Below are positions 1-9,956 of a stretch of DNA of 60,124 bases, piece by piece. The stretch lies in assembly GCA_040752415.1 (NCBI GenBank), contig JBFMGU010000027.1:1-60124 (forward strand). Direction: 5' to 3'. Origin of the DNA: Myxococcota bacterium (lineage in GTDB: Bacteria; Myxococcota; JACRCW01). How positions within the stretch are numbered: the first letter of the stretch is position 1; each line of letters begins with the position of its first letter. The notes beneath the pieces were generated by a model. It searched no databases, had not been told where the DNA came from, and saw only the letters and a program-made list of their open reading frames with translations. A program made the position numbers and the translations under genes.

Positions 1-172
1 TCTTGGGCGGCGGGTCGGAGGCACGGGCGCCGGGGCCCGCGGTGCGGGTGTTGTCCTCCGGGGCGGCGCCGGCGGGCTCCAGGGGCGCGGTGTTCTTGCG
101 CGCCGCCGGCTTCTTCCCAGCCTGGGCGCGGGCACCATCCACGACGGGCTGTGGTTTTCGGGAGGACGCCAA
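1..172 (-). CDS. Possible N-terminal part of a gene running off the left edge (Pro/Ala/Lys-rich; start uncertain)
   Basis: Open minus-strand frame reads LASSRKPQPVVDGARAQAGKKPAARKNTAPLEPAGAAPEDNTRTAGPGARASDPPPK to the window edge; TTG at 172-170 is one candidate start and the frame stays open further upstream. Confidence 0.35.
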   Translation of the reverse strand, partial: MASSRKPQPVVDGARAQAGKKPAARKNTAPLEPAGAAPEDNTRTAGPGARASDPPPK

Positions 173-450
173 TGGACACCCGGGCCTGGGATCAGCCCCC
201 GGTTCCGAGGAAGCTGCCGTCAGAGGATACCGGCCGGAGCAGGTCACGATCAAGAAACGTTGCCCGGACAAGCAGTTACGGCCCGGCGCCACCCGTCCCG
301 TCGGCAAGCCCTGCGCGCACGCCGTCCCACCGGGGGTCCGCTCCCGTCGGTGAAGCCCACCGGCCGATAGGGCCCCTCCATCGACGCGGCCCCGACGCTG
401 ACGCACGGGCTGGCGCTGTCACGCGCCTGCAGGCGCCGGGGATGACGTCG

Positions 451-1254
451 TCAGCGTCGCAGCGGTCGGGACGCGCTCGCGGCCTGGTGCTGCCGCCAGT
501 GTTCCGCCAGGAGCACGCTGCTGGCGCAGGCCACATTGAGACTCTCGACGAGACCGGAGCCGGGAATGGCCACCACGCCGTCGGAGAGCGCCATGAGCTC
601 ACGGCTGAGGCCGTAGGACTCGGAGCCCATGAGGAACGCGCTGCGGGGCGGCAGCTCCGACTGGTACAGGTTGACCTTCCCGAACTGGCTGGTGGCAAAC
701 ACCTTGAACCCGGCGCGACGCAGCGCCTCCATGCCCGCGCGCACATCCGCCACGTCGACGAGATCCACGTGCTCCGCGCCGCCCTCCGACGTGCGATACG
801 CCGCCGTGCTGAGTCGCGCGGGCGTTCCACCGATGCTGAGCACCGCCGCCGTGCCGAAGTGCGCGCACACGCGCAGGATGGCGCCGAGGTTGTGCGGGTT
901 CTCCACGTCCTCGAGGAGCAGGAGTGACGCCGGTCCCGGCCCCACGCGGGAGAGCATCTGGCCCATGGCGGGAGAGGGCTTCTGGCGCGCCAGGACGCAG
1001 ATGCCCTCGTGGTGCATGCCGCCGGCCACCTTCTCCAGCTCGCCCACCTCGATGACCTTGTACGCCTTCTTGTTTTCCGCGCAGTGCTTGAGGAGGTCAC
1101 CAAAGCCCTTGATGCGCTCCTGGGTGAGATAGACGCGGATGACGTCGTGGGGGCGGGTCTTGAAGAGGGCGCGGCAGGCGTTGACGCCGCACACCTTCAC
1201 CTCGTCGTCGGAGGGGCGGGAGGGCTTCTGGGGACGGGATGGTTTCTGCTTCAT
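451..1254 (-). CDS. TrmH/SpoU-family RNA 2'-O-methyltransferase
   Basis: Motifs LEDVENPHNLGAILR, MGSESYGL and VESLNVACAS; true start ATG at 1254 (MKQKPS...) overlaps the upstream stop (ATGA), so the ORF-track extension to 1929 is spurious. Confidence 0.92.
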   Translation of the reverse strand: MKQKPSRPQKPSRPSDDEVKVCGVNACRALFKTRPHDVIRVYLTQERIKGFGDLLKHCAENKKAYKVIEVGELEKVAGGMHHEGICVLARQKPSPAMGQMLSRVGPGPASLLLLEDVENPHNLGAILRVCAHFGTAAVLSIGGTPARLSTAAYRTSEGGAEHVDLVDVADVRAGMEALRRAGFKVFATSQFGKVNLYQSELPPRSAFLMGSESYGLSRELMALSDGVVAIPGSGLVESLNVACASSVLLAEHWRQHQAASASRPLRR

Positions 1255-4200
1255 GGTCGTGAGGTGGCAGTGCCGGTGCGGAATTCCAGCCGGTTGCGCC
1301 CTTTCTGGACGGCCTGCTCCACGCGGCCGCGGAATTCGGCGTAGTCGCCGGGTTGGATGCGCGCCACGTCCACGCGCGTGCTGCGGGTCAGCTCCATGGT
1401 GCTGCCGTTGATGACGACGTTCTGCGCCACCGCGAAGCCCGGCCCGTCGACGCGGAAGCTGCGCGGTCCCCGCACCACCTGGGAGCCCAACGGCATCACC
1501 ACGCGCAGCACCATGCGCTCGCGCAGCGGCCGCGAGAGCAGCAGCGGTGTCTGCCGGGTCCCCACGCGCAGGTACTCCTCGGGCGCGAGCCCTCCCACCA
1601 CGCCGCGCAGCATGGGTTTCTCGACGACGCGGTCCCACAACATGACGTCGCCGGCGGAACGCGCCACCGCGGGCGCGGTGAAACGGACCTTCAGCTCGAA
1701 GGGCCCGCTGCGCGCCGCCACGTCGGAGGTGCTGACGCCCTTGACCTGCACGCCGGGGAAGCTCTCCAGGAGGATGCTGCCCGCCCACTGCTGCAGCTGC
1801 GCCGCGGTGGCCTGCCCCACGGCCTGTCGCAACATGGGCCCCAGCGGTCCCACGAACGTGGCGGTCAGCGTGCCGGTCACGTCGCCACCGGTGCCCAGCG
1901 CGACCTCCAGCAGCGAACGGTTCTCCCACACGTTCTCATCGGGCGGAGGCAGTGGATAGGTCTGACCCAGGCGGCCCACCTCGTCGCAGTCCGCTTCCAC
2001 CGCGTCGTGGCTGGCCAGGTTGGGAGGCACTGGCCCTTCCAGAAGCCAGGGCCCCACGCCACTGAGCAGGATGTCGCCCGTCCCCGTCGGAACCACCAGG
2101 ATGCTGACGTCGTGGGAGCGCGGCGTGACCATCTCCACCTGCGGTCCCAGCGCGGAGCGCGCGATCACAATCCGGGCCCGCACGCCGCCCAGGCGCAGCA
2201 GCGCGCGCACCAGCGAGAGGTGATGACCGCGACCACCGGCCAGGACCTCACTGGCGTCCACGGGATCGTTCGCCGGCTCCACCGTCGCGCGCACGTGGTC
2301 CAGCACCGCGCTCACCAGCTCCGAGACGTCGCGTGCGCCGCGTTTCAGCTGCTCCGCCAGCGCCACCAGCTCCGGTGTGGGCTGCGCGGTGGAAGCCATC
2401 CGACGACACTCCCGACGCGCGTCGAACAGCGGGTCCGGGCGCAGGGCCACCATCACGCGCGGCGCGTACTCCACCGGCGGCGCGGAGAACGGCTCGGCCT
2501 GGATGGCGGGGATGCGCTCCGCGCGCCACACCGCACGCATCACGCCATCACGCCGCGTGACGACGGGCGCGGGGGCGCCACGCGGAAACATCCGCAGCTC
2601 CTGCACCACCTCCTCCGGCGCCTCCACGACGTATTCCGCGAGCAGCACCGGGTCGTTCCCCGCGAGGAAGAACGTTTCCAGGAAGTTCCCCTCCGGCGTG
2701 TGCGTCTGGATGGCGGACACGGTGCGCGTCTCCAGGAAGTCCCCCGGCGAGAGCGCGCTCATGCTCACCTCCGCCTTGCCCTGCCCCGCCTCCGGCTCCA
2801 CCACGCGACCGTTCGCCTTCCACACCCGCACAATCCGCCGCTCGTCGCCCGCGTCGAAGGAAAGCTCGCCCATCTCGTCGGCGGCCTCGCGGGTTCCCAC
2901 GCGCACCAGGCGGTGCTGCACCACGAATCCCCCGCCGCTGCGCTTGAGCACGCGCCGCATGGCGTCCAGGACCACCACCGTGGGATGCCCGCGCAGCAGC
3001 TCGTCACCCGCGGCCTCCGCGGCCAGCAGCTGGTCGATGAGGGCGCGCGCATCCGGCACGGGCACGTCGTCACCCAGCTCCACGCCGCTCAGCTCCGCGT
3101 CCACGCGGTCCGGGAAGATGCTGGAGGGACTGAGGGTCCGCACGCGTTCCAGGCAGCCGCGGAGCCCTCGCTGGTCTCCCAGCGCGCGTTGCGTGGTGCA
3201 GAGTTGTTGCAGCGCCTCACCGTCGGCGGGGAAGCGCTCCAGGTGGGCATCCAGGGCCGCGCGCAGGGCGTTGTTGTCGCCGGTGCGCTCCAGGATCTGG
3301 AGACGGTCGCCCTGGTCCGGGTGGTCGGGGTGGATGCGGAGGAGACGTTGCCATTCCTCCAGCGCGCCAGCGTCGTCCAGCTCCTCCGCGCGCCACTGCG
3401 CGGTGCGGGCGGAGAACAGGTTGTCCTCGGACGCGGCCCAGCGCTTGCGCAGCTCGCGAGCACGCGGCACGTCGCCCAGCGCGCGGAAGAACGACGCTCC
3501 CTCCTCGAGGAGACGGTCCGGTGCCCCCAGCTCCAACGCTTGATCCAGCGCCTGCGCGGCCTCCGCGTTCCACCCGCGGTTGCGATACAGCTCGAAGAGC
3601 GAGCGCCATGCGGTGGCATGTTCCGGCTGCGCCTTCACCACGTCCTGGAGGATGTCCTGCGCCTCGTCGGGACGGGAGCTCTGGGACAACACGGCCAGGC
3701 GGTGCCGCGCCGTCGACAAGCGGGAGGACCTCTGCAGGGCCGCCTGGTACGCCAAGCGCGCCGCGGCGGAGCGCGTTGCACCGGGGAGACCGTGGTCCTG
3801 CTCCAGCGCCTGCGCCAGCGTCTGCTGCACCACCGCGCTCCCTGGAAACTCGTTGGCAAGCTGCTCGGCCAGTGCGCGCGCGGCGGAAGGATGACGACGA
3901 GGGAGCCCGCCATGCAGCCACACCGCGCCCAGGCCCGCTTCCACGTCGGCGGGGTCGGAGGCGTGCTGCTGTTCCAGCGCCGTCACCGCGTTGGGCAACG
4001 GCGGCGCACGCGTGGCGGCGGGTGAGAACGCGGTGCCGTCGGGCAGCTGCGCGGACTGGATGTCCATGGGCGCCAGTCCGTTTTCGGAGAGCAGCCGCAC
4101 CTCGACGGCGTCACGGTCCAGCACCGCCAGCTCCAGGCTCACCCGGTGCCAGCCCGGCGCCGCCACCGCCGTGGCCGTGGCGCGCGTGGTTGCCGACGAG

Positions 4201-5165
4201 GCCCAGCGGTCCTGGGTGACCAGCAACACGCCGTCCACGTACGCGCGTACGGAGGCGGAGGTGCGCAGGTCCAGCAGGAACCTCGACGGACGGGCCAGGT
4301 GCACGTCGGCGTGGGCCACGTAGATTCCCGGGGTGGCGTAGCGCGCGGGACGCAGGACGCCGTCGGGGGCCAGGCGCAGCGAGCGGGTGAAGAGGCCGCC
4401 GGCGGGGAGCGGCGCGGGTGCGTCGGGCGGAATCCCGGAGGCGCCCAGCCCCGCCAGTGCGCGGAACGCGTCCACCTCCGGCACCGCGTAGGGACCCGCC
4501 ACCGTCCACGCCGTGATGCTGCCACCGCGGGAAAGCGCCGACTGGTGCAGGCTCACGTCCTTGGCCTGACCGGCAATGGCCAGCACATGCGTCATGGCGG
4601 CCGCCGCCAGCTCCGCGCAGCCCCTGCCGCCCTGCTGCGGACACCCGTCGACACCCCGCACCGCCGCGGTGGCCATCCGCCCGGAATACGCGGGATGCAG
4701 GCCGCGCGTCTGCGCCATCAGCGCCAGCGCCACCTCCGCCTCCCACGACGAGGGCGCACGCTCCACCACCAGCGCGCAGCGCTCCAGCACGTCGCCACGC
4801 TGGGCCAGGTGGTGGGCCAGCGTGCAATGGAACAGCAAGGACCGCGGGTGGGACGGGTCCGCGCGCAGCGCCTGGCGGATCAGTGAATCCGCCGTGTCGA
4901 CGTCATTCCGCACGTGCAACGCCGTGACCGCCTGCCAGAAGAACGCCTCCGCGCTCCCGGGCCGCTGCGTTGCCACCTTCTCGCGCAGACGCGTGATGCC
5001 CACCCCCTCTCCCTCGGGGAAACGCGGGCGGGCGCCGGCGGTGGAGGGGCGCGGCTCGGCCTCGTGCTTGGGCGCCTCAGCGCGGGGTGAGGCACCGCGA
5101 CACGCCAGGAATGTCGACGTGATGACGAGCGCGAGCGCGAGGTGGGGGACCGGGCGACGAGACAT
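1251..5165 (-). CDS. Lipoprotein with TPR repeats, DUF3857 and a degenerate transglutaminase-like domain
   Basis: Lipobox FLAC; WTVAGPY beta-domain; TPR-like helices; DUF3857-like RVWKANGRVVEPE...SALSPGDFLE; C-terminal YAEFR motif; no catalytic Cys at the GxGDC position (GRGHHL). Confidence 0.8.
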   Translation of the reverse strand: MSRRPVPHLALALVITSTFLACRGASPRAEAPKHEAEPRPSTAGARPRFPEGEGVGITRLREKVATQRPGSAEAFFWQAVTALHVRNDVDTADSLIRQALRADPSHPRSLLFHCTLAHHLAQRGDVLERCALVVERAPSSWEAEVALALMAQTRGLHPAYSGRMATAAVRGVDGCPQQGGRGCAELAAAAMTHVLAIAGQAKDVSLHQSALSRGGSITAWTVAGPYAVPEVDAFRALAGLGASGIPPDAPAPLPAGGLFTRSLRLAPDGVLRPARYATPGIYVAHADVHLARPSRFLLDLRTSASVRAYVDGVLLVTQDRWASSATTRATATAVAAPGWHRVSLELAVLDRDAVEVRLLSENGLAPMDIQSAQLPDGTAFSPAATRAPPLPNAVTALEQQHASDPADVEAGLGAVWLHGGLPRRHPSAARALAEQLANEFPGSAVVQQTLAQALEQDHGLPGATRSAAARLAYQAALQRSSRLSTARHRLAVLSQSSRPDEAQDILQDVVKAQPEHATAWRSLFELYRNRGWNAEAAQALDQALELGAPDRLLEEGASFFRALGDVPRARELRKRWAASEDNLFSARTAQWRAEELDDAGALEEWQRLLRIHPDHPDQGDRLQILERTGDNNALRAALDAHLERFPADGEALQQLCTTQRALGDQRGLRGCLERVRTLSPSSIFPDRVDAELSGVELGDDVPVPDARALIDQLLAAEAAGDELLRGHPTVVVLDAMRRVLKRSGGGFVVQHRLVRVGTREAADEMGELSFDAGDERRIVRVWKANGRVVEPEAGQGKAEVSMSALSPGDFLETRTVSAIQTHTPEGNFLETFFLAGNDPVLLAEYVVEAPEEVVQELRMFPRGAPAPVVTRRDGVMRAVWRAERIPAIQAEPFSAPPVEYAPRVMVALRPDPLFDARRECRRMASTAQPTPELVALAEQLKRGARDVSELVSAVLDHVRATVEPANDPVDASEVLAGGRGHHLSLVRALLRLGGVRARIVIARSALGPQVEMVTPRSHDVSILVVPTGTGDILLSGVGPWLLEGPVPPNLASHDAVEADCDEVGRLGQTYPLPPPDENVWENRSLLEVALGTGGDVTGTLTATFVGPLGPMLRQAVGQATAAQLQQWAGSILLESFPGVQVKGVSTSDVAARSGPFELKVRFTAPAVARSAGDVMLWDRVVEKPMLRGVVGGLAPEEYLRVGTRQTPLLLSRPLRERMVLRVVMPLGSQVVRGPRSFRVDGPGFAVAQNVVINGSTMELTRSTRVDVARIQPGDYAEFRGRVEQAVQKGRNRLEFRTGTATSRP

Positions 5166-5234
5166 GAGGGGTCGAGCGCACCTTACGCGGGAGGCATGGG
5201 GCTGTCCTAGGCAAGAGCGGCCGGGCCGCGCTAC

Positions 5235-6485
5235 ATGGACGCCGTGGCCTGGGAAGTCATTGTCGTCTTTGGGGCACCGGTCGCGGCGTACGTCGCCAAG
5301 CGCTACTTCGACGCGGTGGAGAAGGGCCGCACGCCCCTGCAGGTTGCCAATCCGCTCGCGGACAAGGAGCTCAAGCAGCTGCGCGAGACCAACGCCGTCC
5401 TCGACGAGCGGGTGCGCAACCTGGAGTCCATTGTCTGCGGCCTGGACTTCGAGCTGAACGCGCGCCTGGCACGGTTGAAGACCGCCGCCGGCCTGCCTGC
5501 GCCAACCACGCCCAGCAACGGCACGGGCGACCCCGCCACCACGCCCACCCTCGTCGGACCCGCGCCCGCCACCACCACGGGGCAGCAGGCTGGCGCCACC
5601 ACGCTGGACTTCCCGGCGCGCGCCCCCACCCCCGCCGAGGTGCGCTACCTGGAGACGCTGCCGCGCATCACGGAGCTCTCACCGGGGAACATGTTGGCGG
5701 GGCGTTATCGCGTGGAGCGGCTGCTCGGTCGCGGGGCCATGGGTGCGGTGTACCTGGCGCAGGATCCCACGCTGGGTGAGCCCGTTGCCGTGAAGGTCAT
5801 CTCCAGCATGTGGGTCCACGACGCGGGCGCCGCCACCGAGCGCTTCCGTCGTGAAGCCAGCGCCGCGCGACGCATCACGCACACCAACGTCATCCGCATC
5901 CATGACCTGGGTGAGCAGGACGGGCTGCTCTACATGTCCATGGAGTACTTCCCGGGACGCACGCTGGCGCAGCTCATCAGCGCGCGCGGTGGTCTTCCGC
6001 TCGGGGAGGCACGCCAGATCCTCACGCAGGTGTGCGCGGGACTGGGCGCGGCGCACCAGGCGGGGATTGTCCACCGCGACCTCAAGCCGGCCAACGTCCT
6101 CGTCGGGGAAGGCCAGGTGGTCAAGCTCATTGACTTTGGTCTGGCCAAGGCCATGTTCCTGGAGGGGATGACGGCCACCGGCCTCATCATGGGCACGCCG
6201 GAGTACATGGCGCCGGAGCAGGTGCGGGGTCAGCCCGTGGACGCGCGCGCGGACATCTATGCGCTGGGCGCCATGGCCTACCACGTCCTCACCGGGAGAC
6301 CTCCGTTCTCGGCGGACAACCCCATTGCGCTGGGCTTCGCGCACTGCTCGCAGAAGCCGGTGCCGCCGCGGGACCTGCGAGCGGACATTCCCGCGACGTT
6401 GCAGGACGCCGTGCTGGCGGCCCTGGCCAAGGAACCCAACGCCCGACCGCGCAGCGCCGAGGAGTTCGCGCGCGCACTGGCCTGA
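5235..6485 (+). CDS. Hanks-type Ser/Thr protein kinase with N-terminal TM and coiled coil
   Basis: GRGAMGAVY, VAVKVI, HRDLKPAN, DFGLAK, GTPEYMAPEQ and DIYALG all intact. Confidence 0.95.
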   Translation: MDAVAWEVIVVFGAPVAAYVAKRYFDAVEKGRTPLQVANPLADKELKQLRETNAVLDERVRNLESIVCGLDFELNARLARLKTAAGLPAPTTPSNGTGDPATTPTLVGPAPATTTGQQAGATTLDFPARAPTPAEVRYLETLPRITELSPGNMLAGRYRVERLLGRGAMGAVYLAQDPTLGEPVAVKVISSMWVHDAGAATERFRREASAARRITHTNVIRIHDLGEQDGLLYMSMEYFPGRTLAQLISARGGLPLGEARQILTQVCAGLGAAHQAGIVHRDLKPANVLVGEGQVVKLIDFGLAKAMFLEGMTATGLIMGTPEYMAPEQVRGQPVDARADIYALGAMAYHVLTGRPPFSADNPIALGFAHCSQKPVPPRDLRADIPATLQDAVLAALAKEPNARPRSAEEFARALA

Positions 6486-6494
6486 GGAGCGCTC

Positions 6495-7316
6495 ATGACG
6501 CCGTTGCTCCTGGCCTTGCAGGTGCTGCTCGCGTCGCCGGACGGGGTGGTGACCGCGCCGGTGACGTCGACACCTGCCGCGGAACAGAAGAAGGCCGAGC
6601 AGAAACCGCCGCAGCCCTCGTGGAGCACGTGGTTCATGGTGCGGCTGGCGCACGTGGTGGATGCCAGCGGGTGGGCCGGAGGCACGGTGGCTGGCGCACT
6701 GGCGGCGCAGTTCTTCCTGGGGTTGGCGGCGAGCGCCGCGGCGGGGCTGGTGGCTGGCGAGGCGATTTCACGAGGACAGAGCCTGCCCGCGCTCGACCTG
6801 GGACCGTATGGGACCGGCGTACAACCGAACGCGCAGGGAGGCGTGGCGGTGTTCTTCCTGGCGTTCCTGGTGGCGGCGCCGTGGATGGCGCACCTCTGGG
6901 ACTTCGTGGGGTTCAACGTGGGCGCCTCGGTGCTCGGCGTGCCGTCACGTCAGCGACAGCTGGCATTGGTCTCGTCGCTGGTGACGGGCGCGCTCTCGTT
7001 GGGGATGAGCATCTTCGCGGCGCTGGGAGCGGCGGTGATGGCGGGTATCTTCCGCAACGCGTACGGGTTGACCTCGTTCCTGCCGGACAAGATCACCTAC
7101 CAGGCGGGGGAGCGGCCGAACGACTTCTACGTGGCGTCGGTGGCGGGCGGCGCGCTGCAGATCCTCGCGCTGACGACGGGAATTGCGCTCCTCGCAGTGC
7201 CGCTGGTCACCGGGCTGGCCACCTTCCTGGCGCTGCGCCCTCTCGCGTATCTCGCGGTGCTCGCCATCGACGAGCGCGGTCCCACGTCGGAACCCGAGCC
7301 GCATCACGTGCCCTGA
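6495..7316 (+). CDS. Hypothetical multi-pass membrane protein
   Basis: GAGGAG RBS after the kinase stop; signal-like N-terminus and about 4-5 hydrophobic segments. Confidence 0.7.
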   Translation: MTPLLLALQVLLASPDGVVTAPVTSTPAAEQKKAEQKPPQPSWSTWFMVRLAHVVDASGWAGGTVAGALAAQFFLGLAASAAAGLVAGEAISRGQSLPALDLGPYGTGVQPNAQGGVAVFFLAFLVAAPWMAHLWDFVGFNVGASVLGVPSRQRQLALVSSLVTGALSLGMSIFAALGAAVMAGIFRNAYGLTSFLPDKITYQAGERPNDFYVASVAGGALQILALTTGIALLAVPLVTGLATFLALRPLAYLAVLAIDERGPTSEPEPHHVP

Positions 7317-7325
7317 CTCGCGACG

Positions 7326-8495
7326 TCACGGGCGGAACATCAGGTAGACCGGCACGAACAGCGCGGCGAAGAACGTCGCTGCCGCGGCCAGTGGCATCGT
7401 CACCGAGAACCCGGCGGACATGATCACGACGGAGATCGTCGTACCACCGAACGCGATGAGCAGGGCCACGCGCATGGCCACCCACCGTCCCAACGTCACC
7501 GTCGCCCTCAGCCGACGCAGTGCCTGACGCTGGCGCACGTTCAGGGTCCGCCAGACCGCGCCGTGGGTGGCCCACCTCTCAAACGCGCGCGACGCGGCGG
7601 CGTTGTGGTCCAGGAGCTCATTGAGCTGATGGAAGCACCGCTCCGCCTCGTCGGGCGTGGCGTCCTCCATGCGCGTGCCCACGTGGTGCAAGAGCTGACG
7701 GACGTCTGCCTCCTCCGTGCCCATGGCCCACGCACGAATGAGCGGGGAGAGCGCCCGGGCGTGAGTCGTGACGTCGTCGGCAACCTGGAACGCGTCCGGG
7801 GTGGCCACTGCGCACTGGCGCGGCCGACCGGGGTTCACCATCAGCCGCACACCTTCCGGGATGATCTCGACGGCGGGCCACATCACCATGGGGATGTCGG
7901 CCCAACAGCGGTACGCGCGGCCCGCCACGACGTACTCGATCTCGTACAGCGTGGCGAAGAAGGGATTCCGGCGCAGGATCCGGAAGGGGTGGGCTTCCCC
8001 GCCGACGAGGACACGCCAGCGCCGCAACGCATACCGCAGTCCCCATCCGGACGCCGCGGCGATCAAGAGCACCATGAAGAGCACGGCCACGAACTCCACG
8101 TCGTGGAAATGGTCCGGCTCGTCGTCGACGTGGAGCGCCAGGAACGTGGGCTCGGCGGGGTCCACGCGCGCGGTGATCACCTGTCCCTCGGACAGCGCCA
8201 GCAGGTCCGTCCCGAACGCGTTGCGCTGCACCAGCTGGACGCGGCCCTCCACGGTGACCGCGAGCTCGATGGTGGGCGGCCCCGGGAGGATTCCGTCGTC
8301 ATGAAACGTCCGGACCACCCGCGCGGGAACAACCAGCCCCTCCTGCCAGATGCGTTGCCGCCGCAGCTCCTCGACGCGCTCGCCCACCAGCGCCACCACC
8401 AGCACCGGCGCCGCCGCCAGCAGCCCCACCGTCAGCACGACGAGCAGCAGGAGCTGGTTGCGGACCGGCGGGCTGAGGCGACGGACGCTGGACAT
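7326..8495 (-). CDS. Hypothetical membrane protein (DUF3592-like N-terminal module)
   Basis: TM, then VPARVV...GQVITARVDPAEP, then TM pattern; C-terminal TM pair; GC3-rich frame. Confidence 0.65.
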   Translation of the reverse strand: MSSVRRLSPPVRNQLLLLVVLTVGLLAAAPVLVVALVGERVEELRRQRIWQEGLVVPARVVRTFHDDGILPGPPTIELAVTVEGRVQLVQRNAFGTDLLALSEGQVITARVDPAEPTFLALHVDDEPDHFHDVEFVAVLFMVLLIAAASGWGLRYALRRWRVLVGGEAHPFRILRRNPFFATLYEIEYVVAGRAYRCWADIPMVMWPAVEIIPEGVRLMVNPGRPRQCAVATPDAFQVADDVTTHARALSPLIRAWAMGTEEADVRQLLHHVGTRMEDATPDEAERCFHQLNELLDHNAAASRAFERWATHGAVWRTLNVRQRQALRRLRATVTLGRWVAMRVALLIAFGGTTISVVIMSAGFSVTMPLAAAATFFAALFVPVYLMFRP

Positions 8496-8522
8496 GCCGG
8501 GATGACGCCGCGAAGAGCGCGT

Positions 8523-9845
8523 TCAGAGAAGCTGGCTGCCGAGCGCGGCCGCCGCGCCCACGACGGCGACGGAGACCGCGATCATGCCGGTGCCACCCGC
8601 CGCCGCGGCGAAGACGATCCACGCGAACCACGCCGCCTGGAACACCGTGGTCAGCGCGTTGCGGTCGTACCGCACCTCGGAGCCCACCGAATCCAGCGCG
8701 TAGTAGCTGTAGCCGAACGTCGCCAGTGACCCGGCGGCACCCGTGGCGGCCACCAGCGACACCACCAGCGCCACCGCCGCCACCGCGAGCAGACCTCCCC
8801 CCGCGGCGAGCACTGGGACGCGCTTGACGGGCGGTTCCTCGTCGGTGGGCTCGGCCACGGGCGGCGCGGCCTCCTGCGCGGGCGGCGGCGACGGAGCCGG
8901 CGTGGTGGCGGCAGGCGCCTGCGGCTGCGGACGCTGGATGATGTACACGCGCGGGGACTCGGTGCGCGGCGCCGGCGAGGGCGTTGCGGTGGCGGGCGGG
9001 GCACTCTCCGGGGCGGGCTTGGCCGCGGCGGGCGGCGATGCGGCTGGTGGCGGCGACGCGGGTGGCGCACTCGGCGGCGCGGCCACGACGGGCGGAGGCG
9101 GCGCGGTCACCGGTGGCGTGGCTGCAACGGGCGGCGGCTCCGGCTTGGGAGTCAGCTCCTTGATCACGGCGCTGCTCTGCGCCGCCGGGACGGGAAGCTC
9201 CAGCGGCTTGACGGCGTCACCGTTGCGGGCCACCGGGACCCCGCGGCGGTTGCGCGCTTCCACCACCACCTCCAGCTTCCCGCTCCGCGCCAGCTCTTCC
9301 CACAGGTCCAGCTTCGCCAACGGCGCCCGCCCCACCGCACCTGTCAGCGGCACGTCAAAGGAGCGGTACGTGGCCTCACCTGCCGCGCGCACAAACGCCA
9401 CCACCTTCCCGACGTCACGGACGTTGCCGCTCAGACCCACCACCAGGTCCTTCCCCTCCAGCCTGGGCGCGCCAACGCTGACGCCCTTCTCGCGCTGGTA
9501 GGCCTCCGCGCGCGCACGGAACGCCGCCCGCAGGTCCGGTGGCGTCTCGAGACGATTGGGCTCGAAGAGGGGACGCAGCGTGAGCAGCGCGTCGAAGGAG
9601 CGGTCCGCTTCCGCGGTCTTGCCGAGCTGGAAGTAGGTGGCACCGCGCGTCCAGTGCAGCTCAACCAGTTCCTCCTCGGTGATCTCCGGGGAGCGCTCCG
9701 CCCGCTCCAGGCTCACGAGCGCGGCGCGGTGCTCGCCCCGCTGGAGGGCGGCCTTGGCGGCATCCAGGTCCGGATGCGCCTGAACCACGGTGGCAGCTCC
9801 CAGCACGGCAAGAAGAACGAGGCATCGAACCCGGCTCGAGCGCAT
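8523..9845 (-). CDS. Secreted TPR protein with Pro-rich linker and C-terminal membrane helices
   Basis: Signal peptide (VVQA/HP), TPR segment, long PPVAA linker, hydrophobic C-terminus. Confidence 0.75.
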   Translation of the reverse strand: MRSSRVRCLVLLAVLGAATVVQAHPDLDAAKAALQRGEHRAALVSLERAERSPEITEEELVELHWTRGATYFQLGKTAEADRSFDALLTLRPLFEPNRLETPPDLRAAFRARAEAYQREKGVSVGAPRLEGKDLVVGLSGNVRDVGKVVAFVRAAGEATYRSFDVPLTGAVGRAPLAKLDLWEELARSGKLEVVVEARNRRGVPVARNGDAVKPLELPVPAAQSSAVIKELTPKPEPPPVAATPPVTAPPPPVVAAPPSAPPASPPPAASPPAAAKPAPESAPPATATPSPAPRTESPRVYIIQRPQPQAPAATTPAPSPPPAQEAAPPVAEPTDEEPPVKRVPVLAAGGGLLAVAAVALVVSLVAATGAAGSLATFGYSYYALDSVGSEVRYDRNALTTVFQAAWFAWIVFAAAAGGTGMIAVSVAVVGAAAALGSQLL

Positions 9846-9956
9846 GCGGCGATGCTAACGAGCCCGACTGCGCCGAAACAAGCGCTGCGCGGTGGCACGT
9901 CAATGCGGACGCGTGGCAACCTGCGGCGCTGCCCTCCGGAACGAGGAAGAACCCGC

